The notes under the pieces were generated by a model that was not told where the DNA came from, did no database searches, and saw nothing but the letters and a program-made list of their open reading frames with translations. 64,000 bases of DNA, taken from Candidatus Woesearchaeota archaeon (GTDB lineage Archaea; Nanobdellota; Nanobdellia; Pacearchaeales; GW2011-AR1). Position numbers and translations under genes: made by a program. Where the stretch lies: contig CAYHCG010000001.1 of assembly GCA_964355135.1 (NCBI GenBank), forward strand, positions 18,138 to 82,137, written 5' to 3'. Below, piece after piece: positions 45,062-54,805 of the stretch (positions are counted from its first letter, which is position 1; every line of letters starts with the position of its first letter).

Positions 45062-47686
45062 TTAGAATTTCACATCAACTTTTACTGCAGTTGGGGCTTC
45101 ACCGCCGTGCCAAGTGAATCTTGGCCTGACTCGGATTGGATAGATTCTTTCTGAATTATCATCTAAAATTATTGCAGAGCCCTTAAGAGAAGGGAGATCG
45201 TCCAATTGCTGCTTGATAGTTTTTGTTAGATAAGTCTGCATAATTTCATTCAATGCATCTATGTCTGGTTTTGCCGTTAGACGATGAGCGATAACTAAGT
45301 CGGATTGAGTCATAACGTCTTTATGAATTTGTCCTGGCTGCTGAGTCGCTAGGACTAGTGATATTCCTGGTTGACGGCCTTCTCTAAGAATCTGCACGAG
45401 GGCGTCTGTTGCAGGAGTTTTTCCCTCACGGGGAAGGAATTCATGCGCTTCGTCTAAGAATATCCAGACTAGTGGATCTTTTTTTTCCTGATTGTAAGAT
45501 AGATAATCCTGTCCGTGCTGCAAGGCTTGCAATTCCTCTTTTTTCCTTGCATCCATTCTTGTCTGGAATAATTTTCTTGATATGAGAGAAATGACTAACG
45601 CTCGGACATTAAATGCACTGATCGAACTATAGACTGAGATATCTAAAACTGTTGTTGTGCCTGCAGTAATTAAATCTGAGATTTCTGTTCCTTCTGGGTT
45701 TTTAGAGAAAATTCCCCAGTTGTCTGCCGCAGAAAACAATGAGGAAACTATTTCCTTTGTTTCTTTTGACGATTCTTTATCTTTGTGTATTTGCGATTGA
45801 ATCTGAGATAGAGTAAAGGTACTACTTTCTTCTTTTAATTTTGAGATTATTCTTGTTAATAAAACTCCTTCTAGAGATATCATGCTGAGATTAAATAAAG
45901 TTACCCAGTCTTCTGCATCTAATTGTGATGATTTCAAAGCGAATGTGAAATCAAAAGGGATTAATTTTTCTTTATATTCCTGCTCTTTTCCAAAAGGAAT
46001 AAAGACCTTTACAGGCAATTGTTTAGATTCTAATTCCCACTCCTTGAGTAATTGGGCTTCTTTTTCATTCTTGAATTTCATTGTCCAGAATATTCCCATG
46101 GTGTCAAAGATTAATGACGCGATATTTTTAGCCGATTCATCCTGAAGATCTGATAGTTCTTCAGCGATAGTTCCTATTGAATAACTATTATGTACAATGA
46201 TGTCGTTAGCTACAAAATTATGATTTTCCGGAACACAAATATCATAAACTGTAAATTCTCCTTTAAGTAATTCCATAGAGATAATTTCATCCCAAAATAT
46301 TTCTGATGTTGCCAACAATTTCATAGGATTACTATTTTCTACTTCTCCAATTTGCATTAACGTTTGCCTAGATGGAGAATAGTGTATTCTTTCTCTCATA
46401 GCTTTTGGATGTTTATATCCCAAAGATCTTCCAACTTCGGCCCAGTTTTGTGGCTTATAAAGTTCCCAAACTTCTTTTGGCACAGTATCTACATTAGGAT
46501 TCCAACTTATTCTTTTTAATTCTTCTAATGCTTTATGCTGCCTTTCTTCTTTTTTACCAAAGAATCCTATTTCTTCTACGAACTTTACTACATTATTTGA
46601 GCCCAATATTAATTCAAAAGATTTGAATTCTTTTCCATTTAATCTGATCTTTTTCTTTCTTAACCTTGATAATATCTCAAATCTAAGAAGCAAATTCTGG
46701 ATTTGTCTTATCATTTTTTCAGAAGAAGAACAATAAGAGATCTGCCAAGTCCCCCCATGAGTTGTTTTCTTATAGTATATACTTCCATCGCAACTGAAAA
46801 GACGATTTAAAAGAAGAGCAATGTGCTCCTTCTTTAATTGCATGATATTTTGTGATAAAAATTTCTTTGTCGAGAGTAGTCCAAATAAATCTTCTCTTTC
46901 AATTAACTTCCTTATGCTTCTTTTTTCGTAAGAATTTTTATTTCCTTTTAGAAATTGTCCCTTTTCATTTCTTGAAGTATTATGCTTTAAAACAATGCTC
47001 TTCCATTGAGGAGAAGAAATTCTATAATGATATTCTTTTTCTTTTATCAATTCTAATGTTGGATCAAAATCTTTTAATGCGTTATCAAAATCTTTAACTA
47101 TCTTTTCGTCTGAGTTAGTAAATAAAACTATTTGTTTTGTATGCCCTTCTGCAATTAGATATGCCAGGAGCTTCACTTCATTTTCTGACATTTCCTTACT
47201 TCCAAAAGCAGGGATTACTCTTGGAGTTGCTATCCTGCCCCCTATGTTTAATTTTTGCGCTTCTTCCCAACCTTTTATTGTTAAGAGTGGATGTTCAGGG
47301 GTTAGTTTTATCTCCTTTCCACTTCGAAGTTTTACTTTTAACAATTTATCAACTTTTCTTGAAAAGAAATCAGATTTAGAGTTTTTCTCCATTTTTAACT
47401 GAGAATTTAATGAGATTATATCTTCATGATTATTCTCAAGTTCTTTTATAGGTAATTCGGATCCATCTGCTAAAGTTATCAATGTATCTTCATGTAGACA
47501 CTTTCCCGAGCCTCTTTTCCCAGCGACTAAAATTACATGAGAACGGGCAACATCCATCCAGATTCTGTTTGAGAGAGAAGTGTAATTTCCCATCTTAACA
47601 TACCCTTTGCCAAGATAGATCAATCCTCTTGTGCCAAACTTTTCTTTATCTCCAGCATCACGTCCTATTACAATATCATATGGCAT
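45062..47686 (-). CDS. HerA/FtsK-superfamily (COG0433/DUF87-like) ATPase interrupted by an intein in the Walker A loop
   Basis: After splicing the extein reads VAGKRGSGK|SYSIGTIAEEL (P-loop). Walker B is WIFLDEAHEFLP, followed by LREGRQPGISLVLATQQPG and C-terminal RFTWHGGE. Confidence 0.85.
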   Translation of the reverse strand: MPYDIVIGRDAGDKEKFGTRGLIYLGKGYVKMGNYTSLSNRIWMDVARSHVILVAGKRGSGKCLHEDTLITLADGSELPIKELENNHEDIISLNSQLKMEKNSKSDFFSRKVDKLLKVKLRSGKEIKLTPEHPLLTIKGWEEAQKLNIGGRIATPRVIPAFGSKEMSENEVKLLAYLIAEGHTKQIVLFTNSDEKIVKDFDNALKDFDPTLELIKEKEYHYRISSPQWKSIVLKHNTSRNEKGQFLKGNKNSYEKRSIRKLIEREDLFGLLSTKKFLSQNIMQLKKEHIALLLNRLFSCDGSIYYKKTTHGGTWQISYCSSSEKMIRQIQNLLLRFEILSRLRKKKIRLNGKEFKSFELILGSNNVVKFVEEIGFFGKKEERQHKALEELKRISWNPNVDTVPKEVWELYKPQNWAEVGRSLGYKHPKAMRERIHYSPSRQTLMQIGEVENSNPMKLLATSEIFWDEIISMELLKGEFTVYDICVPENHNFVANDIIVHNSYSIGTIAEELSDLQDESAKNIASLIFDTMGIFWTMKFKNEKEAQLLKEWELESKQLPVKVFIPFGKEQEYKEKLIPFDFTFALKSSQLDAEDWVTLFNLSMISLEGVLLTRIISKLKEESSTFTLSQIQSQIHKDKESSKETKEIVSSLFSAADNWGIFSKNPEGTEISDLITAGTTTVLDISVYSSISAFNVRALVISLISRKLFQTRMDARKKEELQALQHGQDYLSYNQEKKDPLVWIFLDEAHEFLPREGKTPATDALVQILREGRQPGISLVLATQQPGQIHKDVMTQSDLVIAHRLTAKPDIDALNEIMQTYLTKTIKQQLDDLPSLKGSAIILDDNSERIYPIRVRPRFTWHGGEAPTAVKVDVKF
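46187..47500 (-). mobile_element. P-loop intein (438 aa) with LAGLIDADG homing-endonuclease domain
   Basis: Residues 63-500: CLHEDTLITLADG, TPEHPL, LLAYLIAEGHT and LLNRLFSCDGSI, ending FVANDIIVHN before the +1 Ser. Junction codons were verified (tgt at 47500..47498, aat at 46189..46187). Confidence 0.9.
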
Positions 47687-47720
47687 GGCGTTATAAAGGA
47701 GAAGCGTTTATTAAATGTTA

Positions 47721-48356
47721 TTATCTTTTTTTTGTTGGCGGCAAGGGGAGTTTTCTTGTTGGCTGCAAAATAGCATCTGCTAATCCTACATCAACTGCTC
47801 CTTGGGCACAATATATACTGTCGTGAGCACATCTGCCCTTCCAGTATGCAGGACTTTTTCCGCTTCTTTCCGCGAATATATTATAAGCCATTCCTGCTGT
47901 TTTTTTACTATACTCACTCCATCTTTGTATATTTCTTGTATGCTCTCTATCAAAACCCATTGTGCCATCATGAATCATTATTGTTGCATGAGGATGTAAT
48001 AATCTTCTTCTGCCTGCCTGCAAAATAATGGCTCCCATGCTCATAGCACTTCCCAATACTTCTACGTCGACTGGGGCTCGTGAGGCTCTAATTGCATCGT
48101 ATATGGCAAACCCGTGTCCTTCATTTCCCCCAACGCTATTTAACACAGCAACTATCTTACCTCTCCCTACACGATTCAAAACTTCTAAACCTTTAATTAC
48201 ATATTCTGAACTTAGAAATGTTATGCCGGGGTCTCCTTCTTCTTTACTATTCTCTCCGGCAGCCGACCCGATATAGATTATTCTTCCTTCCAAATCTATT
48301 CCTTGCTCAAAAAATCTTGTTATGTTATCTTTTGTAAAACCATTTCTTTTAGTCAT
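47721..48356 (-). CDS. ClpP-family (S14) serine protease
   Basis: LNSVGGNEGHGFAIYDAIRAS...VLGSAMSMGAIILQAG..R...PHATIMIHD aligns with ClpP INSPGG..aG.aIYD...G.AASMGa.LL.aG..R...P...iMIHQP. Ser, His and a candidate Asp (AHDS) are present. Confidence 0.8.
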   Translation of the reverse strand: MTKRNGFTKDNITRFFEQGIDLEGRIIYIGSAAGENSKEEGDPGITFLSSEYVIKGLEVLNRVGRGKIVAVLNSVGGNEGHGFAIYDAIRASRAPVDVEVLGSAMSMGAIILQAGRRRLLHPHATIMIHDGTMGFDREHTRNIQRWSEYSKKTAGMAYNIFAERSGKSPAYWKGRCAHDSIYCAQGAVDVGLADAILQPTRKLPLPPTKKR

Positions 48357-48443
48357 GTAAATAAAAATAAAAACCTGTTTTAAAAATCTATCGCAGTCTA
48401 GCTAGATGGTATGGTTTAAAAATGGAGAATTTTTCATATATTC

Positions 48444-49301
48444 ATGAGATTCATAGACGGAACACCGCAATTTCGCAGATTGCTGCAGTCTGCAGGCGAA
48501 CGTCGAGATATAGAGTATGCAAAAATTGATGTACTAGTTGCACAACCTAGTCCTCCTTCTTTGGGAGAGATGGTCGGAGTTGTGGGTACTTTAAATTCAA
48601 AGCAGGCAGTTAGTAGGTACCTTCATTCAGCAGGATTGTATGAAGGGTGGAAAAGGAAAAGAGGCGAGTTAGGAAAAAAACAAAAAGAAAGAAGAGAAGA
48701 TAAGGAAAGAGATAGATTGGTTGCCTGGATAGCCAATCATGCTCTAAATCATGCCATTTCAAGAGAAGTGATAGAAACTTATGAAAGTTTTTCTATGTAT
48801 GGTGAAAGGGGAGGCTTAAATAGAATAAAGAGAGAGGTAAAAAGAGTTGGATATAAAGGAGTAAAAGCCACCTTAAAAAAAGCTGGAATAGATCCAACCG
48901 AAGCTTTTGGAAGAGTTGTGCATTCAGCAGAGCAGAAGGCGGCAATAAGAAGGGCTATACCTTTAGATTATTTTAGCGCGGACTTAGCTCATTTTCTGCG
49001 AGTTCCTACTCATGATATAAAGAATTATAGAAATAAAGAAGTTGGCGAAGATGTAAGGGCTAGTTGGAATTTAGAAGGAAGAACTCTTCTGTGGCAGGCT
49101 AGTGAAGTATACGAGGCTATAGGCGCAGGTTTTTCAAATGGAGGAGCATTTGAACTTCTTGGATTCCGCAAAGGAGTAGTGGAAAGAAGCAATGTACACA
49201 GAAAAGAAATAGAGCCGAAAATAGTTGGTTTATTGAGGACAATTTATCCTACGAGAGAGCAAGATGTGCCTTATCTTACCCCTACTGATCGATTTGATTA
49301 A
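48444..49301 (+). CDS. hypothetical protein
   Basis: Clean 285-aa ORF with a basic K/R/E stretch. No recognised domain. Confidence 0.5.
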   Translation: MRFIDGTPQFRRLLQSAGERRDIEYAKIDVLVAQPSPPSLGEMVGVVGTLNSKQAVSRYLHSAGLYEGWKRKRGELGKKQKERREDKERDRLVAWIANHALNHAISREVIETYESFSMYGERGGLNRIKREVKRVGYKGVKATLKKAGIDPTEAFGRVVHSAEQKAAIRRAIPLDYFSADLAHFLRVPTHDIKNYRNKEVGEDVRASWNLEGRTLLWQASEVYEAIGAGFSNGGAFELLGFRKGVVERSNVHRKEIEPKIVGLLRTIYPTREQDVPYLTPTDRFD

Positions 49302-49352
49302 TGTGGTTGAATCCTACATAAGGTTTTTAAATACTAAATTATTAAACGTGAA

Positions 49353-50357
49353 ATGAAAGAACACTCTAGCCATGATCATGCGGCTCATAAGAAAGACACT
49401 ATTGAAATCCCTATAGGGAAATTGAAAAAAAATCCTTGGATTATTTCTACAATTCTTTTGGCTATTGTATTAGTTGTTGTTTTAGTTATGTATAACAAGG
49501 GCGGCGGAATGGTTAGTGCTGATAATGCGGGAGAGAGCGTTGTATCTTTTATTAATAATAATCCAAATTTGAATAGTCAAGTTAGTTTGGTTAAAACTGA
49601 GAAAGAAGGACAACTTTACAAAGTAACTTTGAATTATGAAGGCCAGGAAGTTCCTCTTTACACTACACTAGATGGAAAATACCTTGTGAGCAATATTGTT
49701 CCATTGTCCGGAGATGCTGCTCCAGCTGATGACGGTACCTTACCTACAGATACTGCTCCTAGCGAAGTTCCAAAGTCCGATAAACCAGTAGTTGAATTAT
49801 TCATTATGTCCTACTGCCCGTATGGAACACAGATGGAAAAAGCAATATTGCCAGTAGTTTCTGCTTTGAAAGACACTATAGATTTTGATATAAGATACAC
49901 TCATTTCACATTACATGGCGAGAAAGAAGATACTGAGAACTTTAGACAAATGTGTATAAGAGAAGAACAAGGCGATAAGTTCTTGCCTTACATTCAATGC
50001 ATAACTAATTCAACCGACCCTTCCAATCCAGCTGACGTCAATAAATGCATGAAAGATCTTAAGATCAACACTGCTAAAGTTGATACTTGCCTGGAAACTA
50101 AGGCAGAAGAATACTTTGCTGCTGATTCAGCTCTTAGTCAGAAGTATGGTGTACAGGGAAGTCCAACATTAGTTATTAATGGTGTTCAAGCTGAGAGCGC
50201 AAGAAGCCCTGCAGCAGTTTTGGCTACTATATGTTCTGCATTTAATGAAGCTCCAAGTGAATGTGATACAGAATTGCCTACAGCAGCTGCCTCTCCTGGA
50301 TTTGGATATAATACTGCAAACTCTGCAGAAAGCGCAGCTGTTAACTGCGGATTCTAA
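49353..50357 (+). CDS. membrane-anchored thioredoxin-fold (DsbA/glutaredoxin-like) protein with single-Cys active-site variant
   Basis: N-terminal TM helix. VELFIMSYCPYGTQ occupies the place of a CPYC motif, and GVQGSPTLVINGV is the cis-Pro loop region. Confidence 0.55.
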   Translation: MKEHSSHDHAAHKKDTIEIPIGKLKKNPWIISTILLAIVLVVVLVMYNKGGGMVSADNAGESVVSFINNNPNLNSQVSLVKTEKEGQLYKVTLNYEGQEVPLYTTLDGKYLVSNIVPLSGDAAPADDGTLPTDTAPSEVPKSDKPVVELFIMSYCPYGTQMEKAILPVVSALKDTIDFDIRYTHFTLHGEKEDTENFRQMCIREEQGDKFLPYIQCITNSTDPSNPADVNKCMKDLKINTAKVDTCLETKAEEYFAADSALSQKYGVQGSPTLVINGVQAESARSPAAVLATICSAFNEAPSECDTELPTAAASPGFGYNTANSAESAAVNCGF

Positions 50358-50368
50358 ACTAGAATATC

Positions 50369-50932
50369 ATGAGTTTAGATTTTTTTAGACAGTTTGTTTT
50401 AAACCCTTTTAAGACGGGAGCAGTTGCTCCAAGCTCTAGGGCATTGGCTGAAATAATTACCCCTCACACTGCATTGGAACATGCAACCGTAGTGATGGAA
50501 CTTGGTCCAGGTACAGGTGTTTTTACTCAGCGAATAGTACATAAAATCAATGCAAGAACACTATTTTTTGCTTTAGAGATAAATCCTTATTTTGCAAAGA
50601 AAACAAAAGAAAGATGTCCCCAAGTATTAATTTTTAATGACTCTGCGCTGCATGCGAGAAAATATCTCAAAGGCAAACAATGTGATGTCATCATTTCAGG
50701 ATTGCCTTTTGCAGGGTTTAAGAACGAATTACAAAATGATTTACTTAAAGTCATTGGCAACTCGTTGAATACAAAAGGAATTTTCCTTACATTTGCTTAT
50801 GTTCATGGGACTATGTTGCCTAGCGGAAGAAGATTTAAACAAAAATTACGTACTCAGTTTAGAGAAGTTAAAACGACTAAAATAATTTGGAAGAACTTTC
50901 CTCCCGCCATAGTGTACTTCTGTAAGAAGTAA
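50369..50932 (+). CDS. class I SAM-dependent methyltransferase (COG3963-like)
   Basis: NPFKTGAVAPSSRALAE and motif I VMELGPGTGVFT. Confidence 0.7.
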   Translation: MSLDFFRQFVLNPFKTGAVAPSSRALAEIITPHTALEHATVVMELGPGTGVFTQRIVHKINARTLFFALEINPYFAKKTKERCPQVLIFNDSALHARKYLKGKQCDVIISGLPFAGFKNELQNDLLKVIGNSLNTKGIFLTFAYVHGTMLPSGRRFKQKLRTQFREVKTTKIIWKNFPPAIVYFCKK

Positions 50933-50995
50933 CAACCTCTGTATCGTGTAAAAAAGACAACACGATTATTTATACAAAAGTATCCTTGATTTTAT

Positions 50996-51295
50996 ATGAA
51001 AATGTTAAAATGTGGTGATGTAATGGGACATCCTACAAGTCAATGTTCTTTTGTAGCGAGCGGAATGTCATCAAATCGAGATATAAAAGATAAGATGATG
51101 AATCATATTAAGCTAAAACATAAAGAATTCTTTAGAAATATGAATGTAGATGAGAGAAGAGATCTTGATGATAGGATGGACGACTCTATTAGCGAAGAGA
51201 AAGAGTACAAGGGAGGAATGTTTGAGAGAGAAGAGAGTAAAAATAAAGTAGTAAAGTCAAAAAGTATAAAAACTCACAACCATACTAATCAATAA
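50996..51295 (+). CDS. DUF1059-like small metal-binding protein with acidic/basic tail
   Basis: [20 protein letters not shown]......HIKLKH follows the C.D.G..C.F.A.G...H....H pattern. Confidence 0.45.
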   Translation: MKMLKCGDVMGHPTSQCSFVASGMSSNRDIKDKMMNHIKLKHKEFFRNMNVDERRDLDDRMDDSISEEKEYKGGMFEREESKNKVVKSKSIKTHNHTNQ

Positions 51296-51302
51296 TAATA
51301 AC

Positions 51303-51959
51303 ATGACTCACGAATTACCAAAATTAGGGTACGCGTATGATGCATTAGAGCCATATATAGACGCAAAGACTATGGAAATACATTATACTAAGCATCATAA
51401 GACTTATGTTGATAAATTAAATGCTGCTCTTGAAAGATATCCATTATTACAGAAGAAAAAAGTTGAAGATTTGATAAAAGAATTAAATTCTAAACCTCAA
51501 AATATTAAAACTGCAATAATCGAAGATGAAATTAATACAAGTGCTTCTCTTCCTAGTAATGTTAAAATGGCTGTGAGAAACCACGGTGGTGGGCATGCTA
51601 ATCATAGTTTCTTCTGGCAAATATTAAAGAAAAATACAAAACTAAGCGGAAAGATAGAGAAAGAAATAGTGAAGAGATATGGTAGCTTTGATGACTTTAA
51701 GAAATTATTTGCAGAAGCTGCAATGAATAGATTTGGTTCTGGTTGGGCCTGGCTAGTTATGGATAATGGTAAACTAGAAATTATCAGTACTGCAAACCAG
51801 GATTCTCCTTTGATGGAAGGGAAGAAACCGGTGTTAGGCTTAGATGTTTGGGAACATAGTTACTATATTAAACACAATTCCAACAGGGCAGCATATGTTG
51901 AAGCATTCTGGAATGTAGTCAACTGGGATCAAGTAGAAGAGAATTTTGAGAAGAAGTAG
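51303..51959 (+). CDS. sod: Fe/Mn superoxide dismutase
   Basis: [43 protein letters not shown] and [10 protein letters not shown]. Confidence 0.93.
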   Translation: MTHELPKLGYAYDALEPYIDAKTMEIHYTKHHKTYVDKLNAALERYPLLQKKKVEDLIKELNSKPQNIKTAIIEDEINTSASLPSNVKMAVRNHGGGHANHSFFWQILKKNTKLSGKIEKEIVKRYGSFDDFKKLFAEAAMNRFGSGWAWLVMDNGKLEIISTANQDSPLMEGKKPVLGLDVWEHSYYIKHNSNRAAYVEAFWNVVNWDQVEENFEKK

Positions 51960-52030
51960 AACTGAGATTAATTCTACAATGAGCTTGAAGTTATCAGAAG
52001 GTATTTAAAATAAAGAATTTATTAGGTATA

Positions 52031-52939
52031 ATGAGCATGTTACGAAAACCTTGGTTTTGGATTACTATAATACTAATTGTTCTTGTTCTTATTGCCACTT
52101 CAATAGTTTCTTCGGATGACTGTAAGAAAGTTTCTGATTCGGGCGTGAAAGATAATTGTTATATTTCTAAGGCAATGGAACAAGGAACTATAAAAACATG
52201 TGAGAAAACTAGCACACTTGAAGCAAAAGAAGGCTGTTATGATGCCGTTGCAGGAGTTTTGAAAGATACTTCAATATGTGAAAAAATAGGTCCTAGAGAG
52301 AAAATAAGCAATTGTTATACAAATGTGGCTGTAAAAAAACAAGATGTTTTAGTTTGCGATACAATTGAAGATGAGAGTGAAATTGAAGAATGTTATGTTT
52401 ATGTTGCTGAAGAGCTAAGCGATGCATCTATTTGTGAGAAAATCAAGCCAGATGAGTATGGCAGACAAAGTTCTGTAAAAGACAATTGTTATATGGTTGT
52501 AGCTATAAAAAGGAATGATAGAGAATTATGTTATAGAATTCGAGGAGTTTGGAAAGATAATTGTATACAAAATACAGAAGGAGATACATCAACTGGTGCG
52601 ACTGGAAGGATAGAGTATGGTGAGGGCGATTGTATGCCTTTGGCTTGTATGAATGATAATTGTAGTGATTCACGTACATATAATTATTTTCCTTATGATG
52701 GTAAGATATTCTTTATAGATAAATTGAAATTCGATACGTTAGGCGAGGGCGATTTTAACCTGCTCCGTGAATCAAGCGATCAAACAAACGTAACAAATGG
52801 AAATTATAAGGTTTACCTTAACCCTGGAGAATATGTTGTAATGCCTGAAGAAATTTACCAAGCAGGATACCATGTAAATATATCTGCTGGAATAATGATT
52901 GAACAAAATTTTAAATTCCTTAAATGTACTTCATATTAA
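52031..52939 (+). CDS. membrane-anchored protein with four or five DNCY...C repeats plus C-terminal beta-rich domain
   Basis: A repeat unit of about 35 aa recurs: KDNCYISKAME..C, EGCYDAVAGVLKDTSICEKI, SNCYTNVAVKKQDVLVCDTI, EECYVYVAEELSDASICEKI, KDNCYMVVAIKRNDRELCYRI. Confidence 0.5.
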   Translation: MSMLRKPWFWITIILIVLVLIATSIVSSDDCKKVSDSGVKDNCYISKAMEQGTIKTCEKTSTLEAKEGCYDAVAGVLKDTSICEKIGPREKISNCYTNVAVKKQDVLVCDTIEDESEIEECYVYVAEELSDASICEKIKPDEYGRQSSVKDNCYMVVAIKRNDRELCYRIRGVWKDNCIQNTEGDTSTGATGRIEYGEGDCMPLACMNDNCSDSRTYNYFPYDGKIFFIDKLKFDTLGEGDFNLLRESSDQTNVTNGNYKVYLNPGEYVVMPEEIYQAGYHVNISAGIMIEQNFKFLKCTSY

Positions 52940-52947
52940 AATAGGCT

Positions 52948-53196
52948 TTAGTCGTAAATATTCTTTCTATGCCCAACTTTAAGGATTTGAATACCTTCTT
53001 GCTCAATCGAAAAAATTATCCTATAGTCTCCAACTCTTAATCTAAAATCGTTCCTTCCTTTTAACTTTTTAATATCTTTAGAAAAAGGACTTTCTGCTAA
53101 TTCATCAACTTTTTTAATAATTCTTCGTGAGATGGATGGTTCAAGTTTATTTAGAGCATCTAGTGCATGGTTATCCCAAACAATCTTGAAGGGCAT
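52948..53196 (-). CDS. type II toxin, RelE/ParE family
   Basis: 82 aa with LRVGDYRIIFSIE...I.ILKVGHRKNIY, typical of RelE-like toxins. The start overlaps the upstream stop (TAATG). Confidence 0.8.
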   Translation of the reverse strand: MPFKIVWDNHALDALNKLEPSISRRIIKKVDELAESPFSKDIKKLKGRNDFRLRVGDYRIIFSIEQEGIQILKVGHRKNIYD

Positions 53197-53414
53197 TATA
53201 ATCCGAACCTTTTTTTAACTTCTTCCTGAGTTACGAATTTTCCTGCTTTGATTCTTTTTCGGGCTTCTTCTATTTCGATTTTGGTTTTTTCATTTAACTC
53301 TAAATCATCTTCTATCATTCTTTCTATTACTTCGTTGTAGGTCTCTCTTTCTATCATTTTCATTCTGTCTAGAGTTGATTTTACATTATCTGAAATTTGT
53401 ATTGTTGTGGCCAT
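53196..53414 (-). CDS. cognate antitoxin (small helical protein)
   Basis: 72 aa, immediately upstream of and overlapping the toxin. The C-terminal part, EEARKRIKAGKFVTQEEVKKRFGL, is typical of archaeal antitoxins paired with RelE. Confidence 0.6.
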   Translation of the reverse strand: MATTIQISDNVKSTLDRMKMIERETYNEVIERMIEDDLELNEKTKIEIEEARKRIKAGKFVTQEEVKKRFGL

Positions 53415-53516
53415 ATTATAATCTCCTATAGCTTTTTATAAACCATTACAGTATTTAAATATTTTGGAATAGTTAGCCTGAGGAGAATTTTTATATGCCT
53501 TAATAATAAGATATAG

Positions 53517-53711
53517 ATGCCTTATGAAGTAGAAGAAACAGTACACCTTATGCGTGTTTATCACAGTGTTGAAAAAGAAGCGAGAGATTTTTTATCAATT
53601 ACTGCTTATGCTGCAAAAAACAAGGAACATCGGTTAAAGAGCGCAGAGAGAACACTTAAGGCTATTGAGGCGTGTCAAGAACTGCGGTTCTTGAGCATGC
53701 TCAAGATTTAG
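53517..53711 (+). CDS. hypothetical small protein
   Basis: ORF only. Confidence 0.3.
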   Translation: MPYEVEETVHLMRVYHSVEKEARDFLSITAYAAKNKEHRLKSAERTLKAIEACQELRFLSMLKI

Positions 53712-53828
53712 TGAAATCTTGACATACAAAAAACTGCCTCTCTTGATAAGAAAAGAACTGGAAATGGACAAGAATGCACACGTCAGTAGTCTAATTGAAC
53801 TAGAGAGAGTATGTCGAGCAATGCTTAG

Positions 53829-54098
53829 TTAATTATATCTGATTGCTCTTTCTCTGTCTATTATATCTTCTAAAGGTCTAGTCATTAAACTATTATCTGA
53901 AGGATCCATTATCATTTGATAAGCTAATGGATCTTCTCCACAAGCCCCAGTTTGATAAAGTCGATGAAACTCTCTGCGAAATTCGTAAGGACATGTATGT
54001 TTGCTTATGGCTGCCACCTGACTTCCATTAATTGGTACCGCTATTACAAAATCTCCTTCTCTGAGAGGATGAAGGTTTGTCATATTATTTATTTCCAT
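53829..54098 (-). CDS. hypothetical protein
   Basis: ORF only. Confidence 0.4.
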   Translation of the reverse strand: MEINNMTNLHPLREGDFVIAVPINGSQVAAISKHTCPYEFRREFHRLYQTGACGEDPLAYQMIMDPSDNSLMTRPLEDIIDRERAIRYN

Positions 54099-54200
54099 GG
54101 AGAGTTTTTAAATATTCCTTGTGATTTTTCTCTTTAATGGGCGAGAGTTTCTTTTGCATTTCAATGGAACCTTTATAAACCTACGAATAATTAATGGATT

Positions 54201-54515
54201 ATGGCAAATAAAGCTCTTTGGATTGGAATCGTAATTGTGATAGTTGTTATTGCTACTAGCGCTTTCTTTATGTTGGGAAAGACGAGTAGAATAATTGACA
54301 TTAAAAATGAGGCTAATATAGGTCAAACTGTAGCAGTTAAAGGAACAGTTCAAACAACTGTTAAGATAGGTGAACTTTCAGGATATACTCTATCAGACGG
54401 TACCGAGACAATTGCAGTTTCAAGTCAACAACTTCCACAAGAAGGCGAAACTATTACGGTAAGAGGAACATTGATAAAAGATACAATACTCGGATATTAT
54501 ATTAAAGTCAATTAG
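54201..54515 (+). CDS. membrane-anchored OB-fold-like protein
   Basis: One TM helix, then VAVKGTVQTTVKIGELSGYTLSDGTETIAVSS..LPQEGETITVRGTL, resembling a tRNA_anti-like OB fold. Confidence 0.45.
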   Translation: MANKALWIGIVIVIVVIATSAFFMLGKTSRIIDIKNEANIGQTVAVKGTVQTTVKIGELSGYTLSDGTETIAVSSQQLPQEGETITVRGTLIKDTILGYYIKVN

Positions 54516-54805
54516 ATGCTGCGTTATTAGTCAGGAGTTAATTTTACTATTTTTTAAGACACACGTTTATAACTATAATACTATCTAATAAAGTATGTCA
54601 ACTAATACAAAAGAGTTTAAGAAAATTAATGCGGCATCTAAAAAGAAAGCAAATGAACGTGGTAAAAATGAAGTGAAAGAACGGGATAAAAACATAAAAC
54701 AACAGAAGTTAAGTTGAGATTAATAACTTTGGGTAACATGTCTTTACGAGAACTGTGTAATACTTTTTATTACACGACTTATTGCCTTTTGTGACATCGG
54801 CCCAA

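Noticed and set aside
54597-54719. 40-codon Lys-rich ORF (MSTNTKEFKKINAASKKKANERGKNEVKERDKNIKQQKLS), followed by the perfect hairpin GTGTAATA-N5-TATTACAC at about 54755.
   Set aside because: The peptide resembles no small ribosomal or chromatin protein I know, and Lys-rich ORFs arise easily in AT-rich DNA. It is left unannotated.
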